This document shows positions 61,500 to 64,000 of a stretch of DNA of 64,000 bases, in pieces. Every line of letters begins with the position of its first letter. Position 1 is the first letter of the stretch. The translations under genes and the position numbers were made by a program. The stretch spans positions 124,001 through 188,000 of the forward strand of contig VJWM01000254.1 in the NCBI GenBank assembly GCA_010909165.1, written 5' to 3'. The notes below the pieces were generated by a model, which did no database searches, was not told the origin of the DNA, and saw only the letters and a program-made list of their open reading frames with translations. This stretch comes from Anthoceros angustus. Taxonomy: Eukaryota; Plantae; Anthocerotophyta.

Positions 61500-62149
61500 G
61501 ACTCCGCGCAATATCGGCGGATTCTTGAAAGCCTCTTTTGCGCTTTGGGCGGAGGTTGCCACCCCTTTCTCATATCAAGCAAAACACGTGTTTTTAAAAG
61601 AGATGTGTTGAATGGCGAGTTCCACTTAGAACAATGTAAGTAATATCGAGGTTTTTCCATGTATGCACACTTTTGTTTCATCGCGGTCGTCCCTTCCGAG
61701 ACTTACTGGGAAAGGCGATGCGGCACTATGGGTCCAAAACACGTAATATGCATTCAAATCAAAGTCGGGCATTTTCCACGAAGGGTCAAAACGGAATTAT
61801 ACGGTCAACGGACGAGCCCCTCATCTACAAGTCACAGCTACCCAAAGGGTCATCTACTTCAACCAAATTGAGCTCCGAATCACCGCGTTTCTACATTTTC
61901 CAAATCACGCCTTTTCCGTGTCACCAAAGTCATCGCCTTCAACTGCAAAACAGAAAACGTCGGAGCCTCTGTCTGCGGTGGTAGTGTGCCGTTTTCATCC
62001 CATATTGTCAATGCGGTTGGTCTTCAACCGGCGGTCGTCACAGGGTCTGCGGAGTCCTTCATTCGACCTTCTTTCCAAGCAAGCTATACACTTGCATTTT
62101 CTGTCAATGCCTCCGTCTTGCGGATCTCCTTTGCCCAAAACTTGCAGGC

Positions 62150-62900
62150 CCGAAAACTTATCTGTTATTTCTTGAACTCGTCCGGCACCGCTCCAACCTG
62201 CTCACTCGTTGTGACATATACATTGAGCATCGTGCGTCTTTGTCAATGGCCAGCGTTCCTTTTCCGTTGTATCCGCCACCAAAATGATCCCGATCACGCA
62301 GGCGTCAACAATCGTCTTCGTTGGAGAACATGTTCACCAACATGCCTAATAAGCCCACGGTTTACGATATGGCGTCGACCATCTTATCACCGATGTGGTA
62401 AATCGCTTCTTCACCACGCCCCATGTCGGATAACTCTTGGCACTGTTTGATGTCTTTGCGGAAAAGAGGAGCTTTTCCGACATTGGACTCGTCCTCACCG
62501 CGCTTCCATCCAAATATTCCACTGTTTCCACAGCGTTAGGTGGGATGTTGGTTTTCTCCCATACCGAGTCGAATGACTCCTTTCGCACCAAGACCTCAAA
62601 GCCTCCACGGCTTGAATCACCCCATCCACCCCATGCATAAGAATTATCCGAACACATCGCTCGTGGTCTTCTCGTTGAAAGAGGCGATGATCTCTTTCAA
62701 TTCTTCTTCAACGAAAGCCTTGTCATTCTCATGCTGTAAACCTCGAGGGAGGTCGCAGAAAAGAAGAGTATACCTCCTCGGTGGCAAAAATCCTTTCATA
62801 TCCAAAATGTCTCGATGCACCACACGATATGCCACTTTGTCCAAGACCTGTGCACTCAAACCGCCACCGCATCCATGTCCTTGTCGGCCATTTGTTTTCG
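62150..62900 (-). pseudogene. Third, more diverged amino-methyltransferase-like gene copy
   Basis: RRYTLLFCDLPRG (DLPR at 62754-62743), FDSVWEKTN (compare FVWDKTN and FVWHKTN), and YRKP.GLLGMLVNMFSNEDD.IVDAC...LAIDKDARC after frameshift repair. Confidence 0.62.
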
Positions 62901-63036
62901 CTCTTCTTCCATCCGTTTCGATTCGCTATAAACAAAATCTTGGAAAGGTTTTGGCGAGCTTTCAAATCCTCAATGTCTCCGGTTTACGCAAACAGCACGG
63001 TGGTCGACGAACTCATTGGCGATGGAGTCGCGGTCG

Positions 63037-63186
63037 GCGCGCGCGCGCGCGCGCGCGCGCGCGCGCGCGCGCGCGCGCGCGCGCGCGCGCGCGCGCGCGC
63101 GCGCGCGCGCGCGCGCGCGCGCGCGCGCGCGCGCGCGCGCGCGCGCGCGCGCGCGCGCGCGCGCGCGCGCGCGCGCGCGCGCGCGC
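63037..63186. repeat. Perfect (GC)75 dinucleotide tract
   Basis: 150 nt of uninterrupted GC alternation. Confidence 0.95.
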
Positions 63187-63605
63187 TGCTGCGCCTCGGG
63201 TAACAAACAAAGTGCGGCTCGGCCCTTCGCGGTGGCGCGCCTCTAACGAATACACTCACTTACCACTTTCAAAATTGTTTGAACTTCGCCAATTCCTTGG
63301 CCTCGGTATGCTTGAAGCTGTTTGGCGACTTGAGAGGTGGCACTTCATAGCCTTCGAAGGCATGCTCGATAAGGTTAATCTTCTTCCTGTTGCCAACATC
63401 GTATCCATATCTTTTAGCTGCGGTTTTCCTTGGATGACCGGGTCGCTATCAACATCTCTTCACCTTTCTCGTCCTTGGGACTCCTTGGAATGCTCTCCAT
63501 GCCCTTCCGAGCATTGGAGCCGGACGAGTCGATTAGGGGCCATGCTGTTGTAGTTGGGTCTTGTGGCTTCCGTTTGCTTCGCCCCCCGTCGTCCCTGTCT
63601 TCTGC

Positions 63606-64000
63606 ACCGCTTTCTACATTTTCCAAATCCCGCCCGTGTCACCAAAGTCATCGCTTCAACTCGCAAAATGTAAAACGCGAGCCTGTTGTATGCGGTAGTG
63701 TGCCGCTTTCATCCCATATTGTCAATGCCATTGGTCTTCAACCGCCGGTCCGGGTCTCGTGAGTCCTTCATTCTCGACCCTTCTTTCCAAGCAAGCTATA
63801 CACTTGCATTTTCTCCAATGCCTCCGCCTCGCATGCATCTCCTTTGCCCAAAACTTGCTGTGGCCCCAAAACTTATCTGTTGTTATTTCTTCGAACTCGT
63901 CCGGCACCGCTCCAACCTGCTCACTGCAGACATATACATTGAGCATCGTCTTTGTCAATGGCCACAACGCCTTTTCCGTTGTATCCCGCCACCAAAATGA
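63606..64000. repeat. Degenerate direct repeat of 61882-62287 (3' end of the third MTase-like locus), running off the window end
   Basis: Shared TTCTACATTTTCCAAATC...GTCACCAAAGTCATCGC and CCGCCACCAAAATGA. Confidence 0.85.

Noticed and set aside
62540-63553. 337-aa ORF with a long RA repeat
   Set aside because: Produced by the stop-free (GC)n tract and antisense to the MTase-like remnant.

Overview
Eukaryotic nuclear DNA from a compact-genome land plant. The IFT dynein and a SPATA17-like gene imply a lineage with flagellated sperm (bryophyte/lycophyte-like); the species cannot be determined from sequence alone. Bases 1-18.7 kb are gene dense: dynein-2 heavy chain 3' end, PUT/RMV1-type polyamine transporter, F-box protein, a spliced SPATA17-like IQ protein missed by the ORF track, ureidoglycolate-lyase-like protein, SEC O-GlcNAc transferase, an EGF-repeat membrane protein and NRPB3. 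The rest is mostly mobile DNA around one host gene (RSH2/3-type (p)ppGpp synthase, 45.6-48.7 kb). The standout is a ~17 kb element (24534-41579) with perfect 32-bp terminal inverted repeats and a 4-bp CTAT target-site duplication. It carries a DUF7869-like DDE-type transposase gene on the minus strand and, divergently, a ParB-like (GGNH) plus bacterial-type beta-class amino (N4C/N6A) DNA-methyltransferase-like gene on the plus strand. Two more diverged relatives of the methyltransferase-like gene lie at ~51-52.5 kb and ~62.1-62.9 kb. A 20-22-bp palindrome (GGGCGCCGGCATGCCGGCGCCC) recurs in the 17-kb element and the ~51-54 kb relative. Also present are two defective Ty1/copia elements, a MULE/SWIM remnant, several tandem duplications and a (GC)75 tract. 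Repeats are rich in 1-bp indels, so some frameshifts and duplications may be long-read consensus artefacts. All family assignments are from motif recognition by eye, not database searches.
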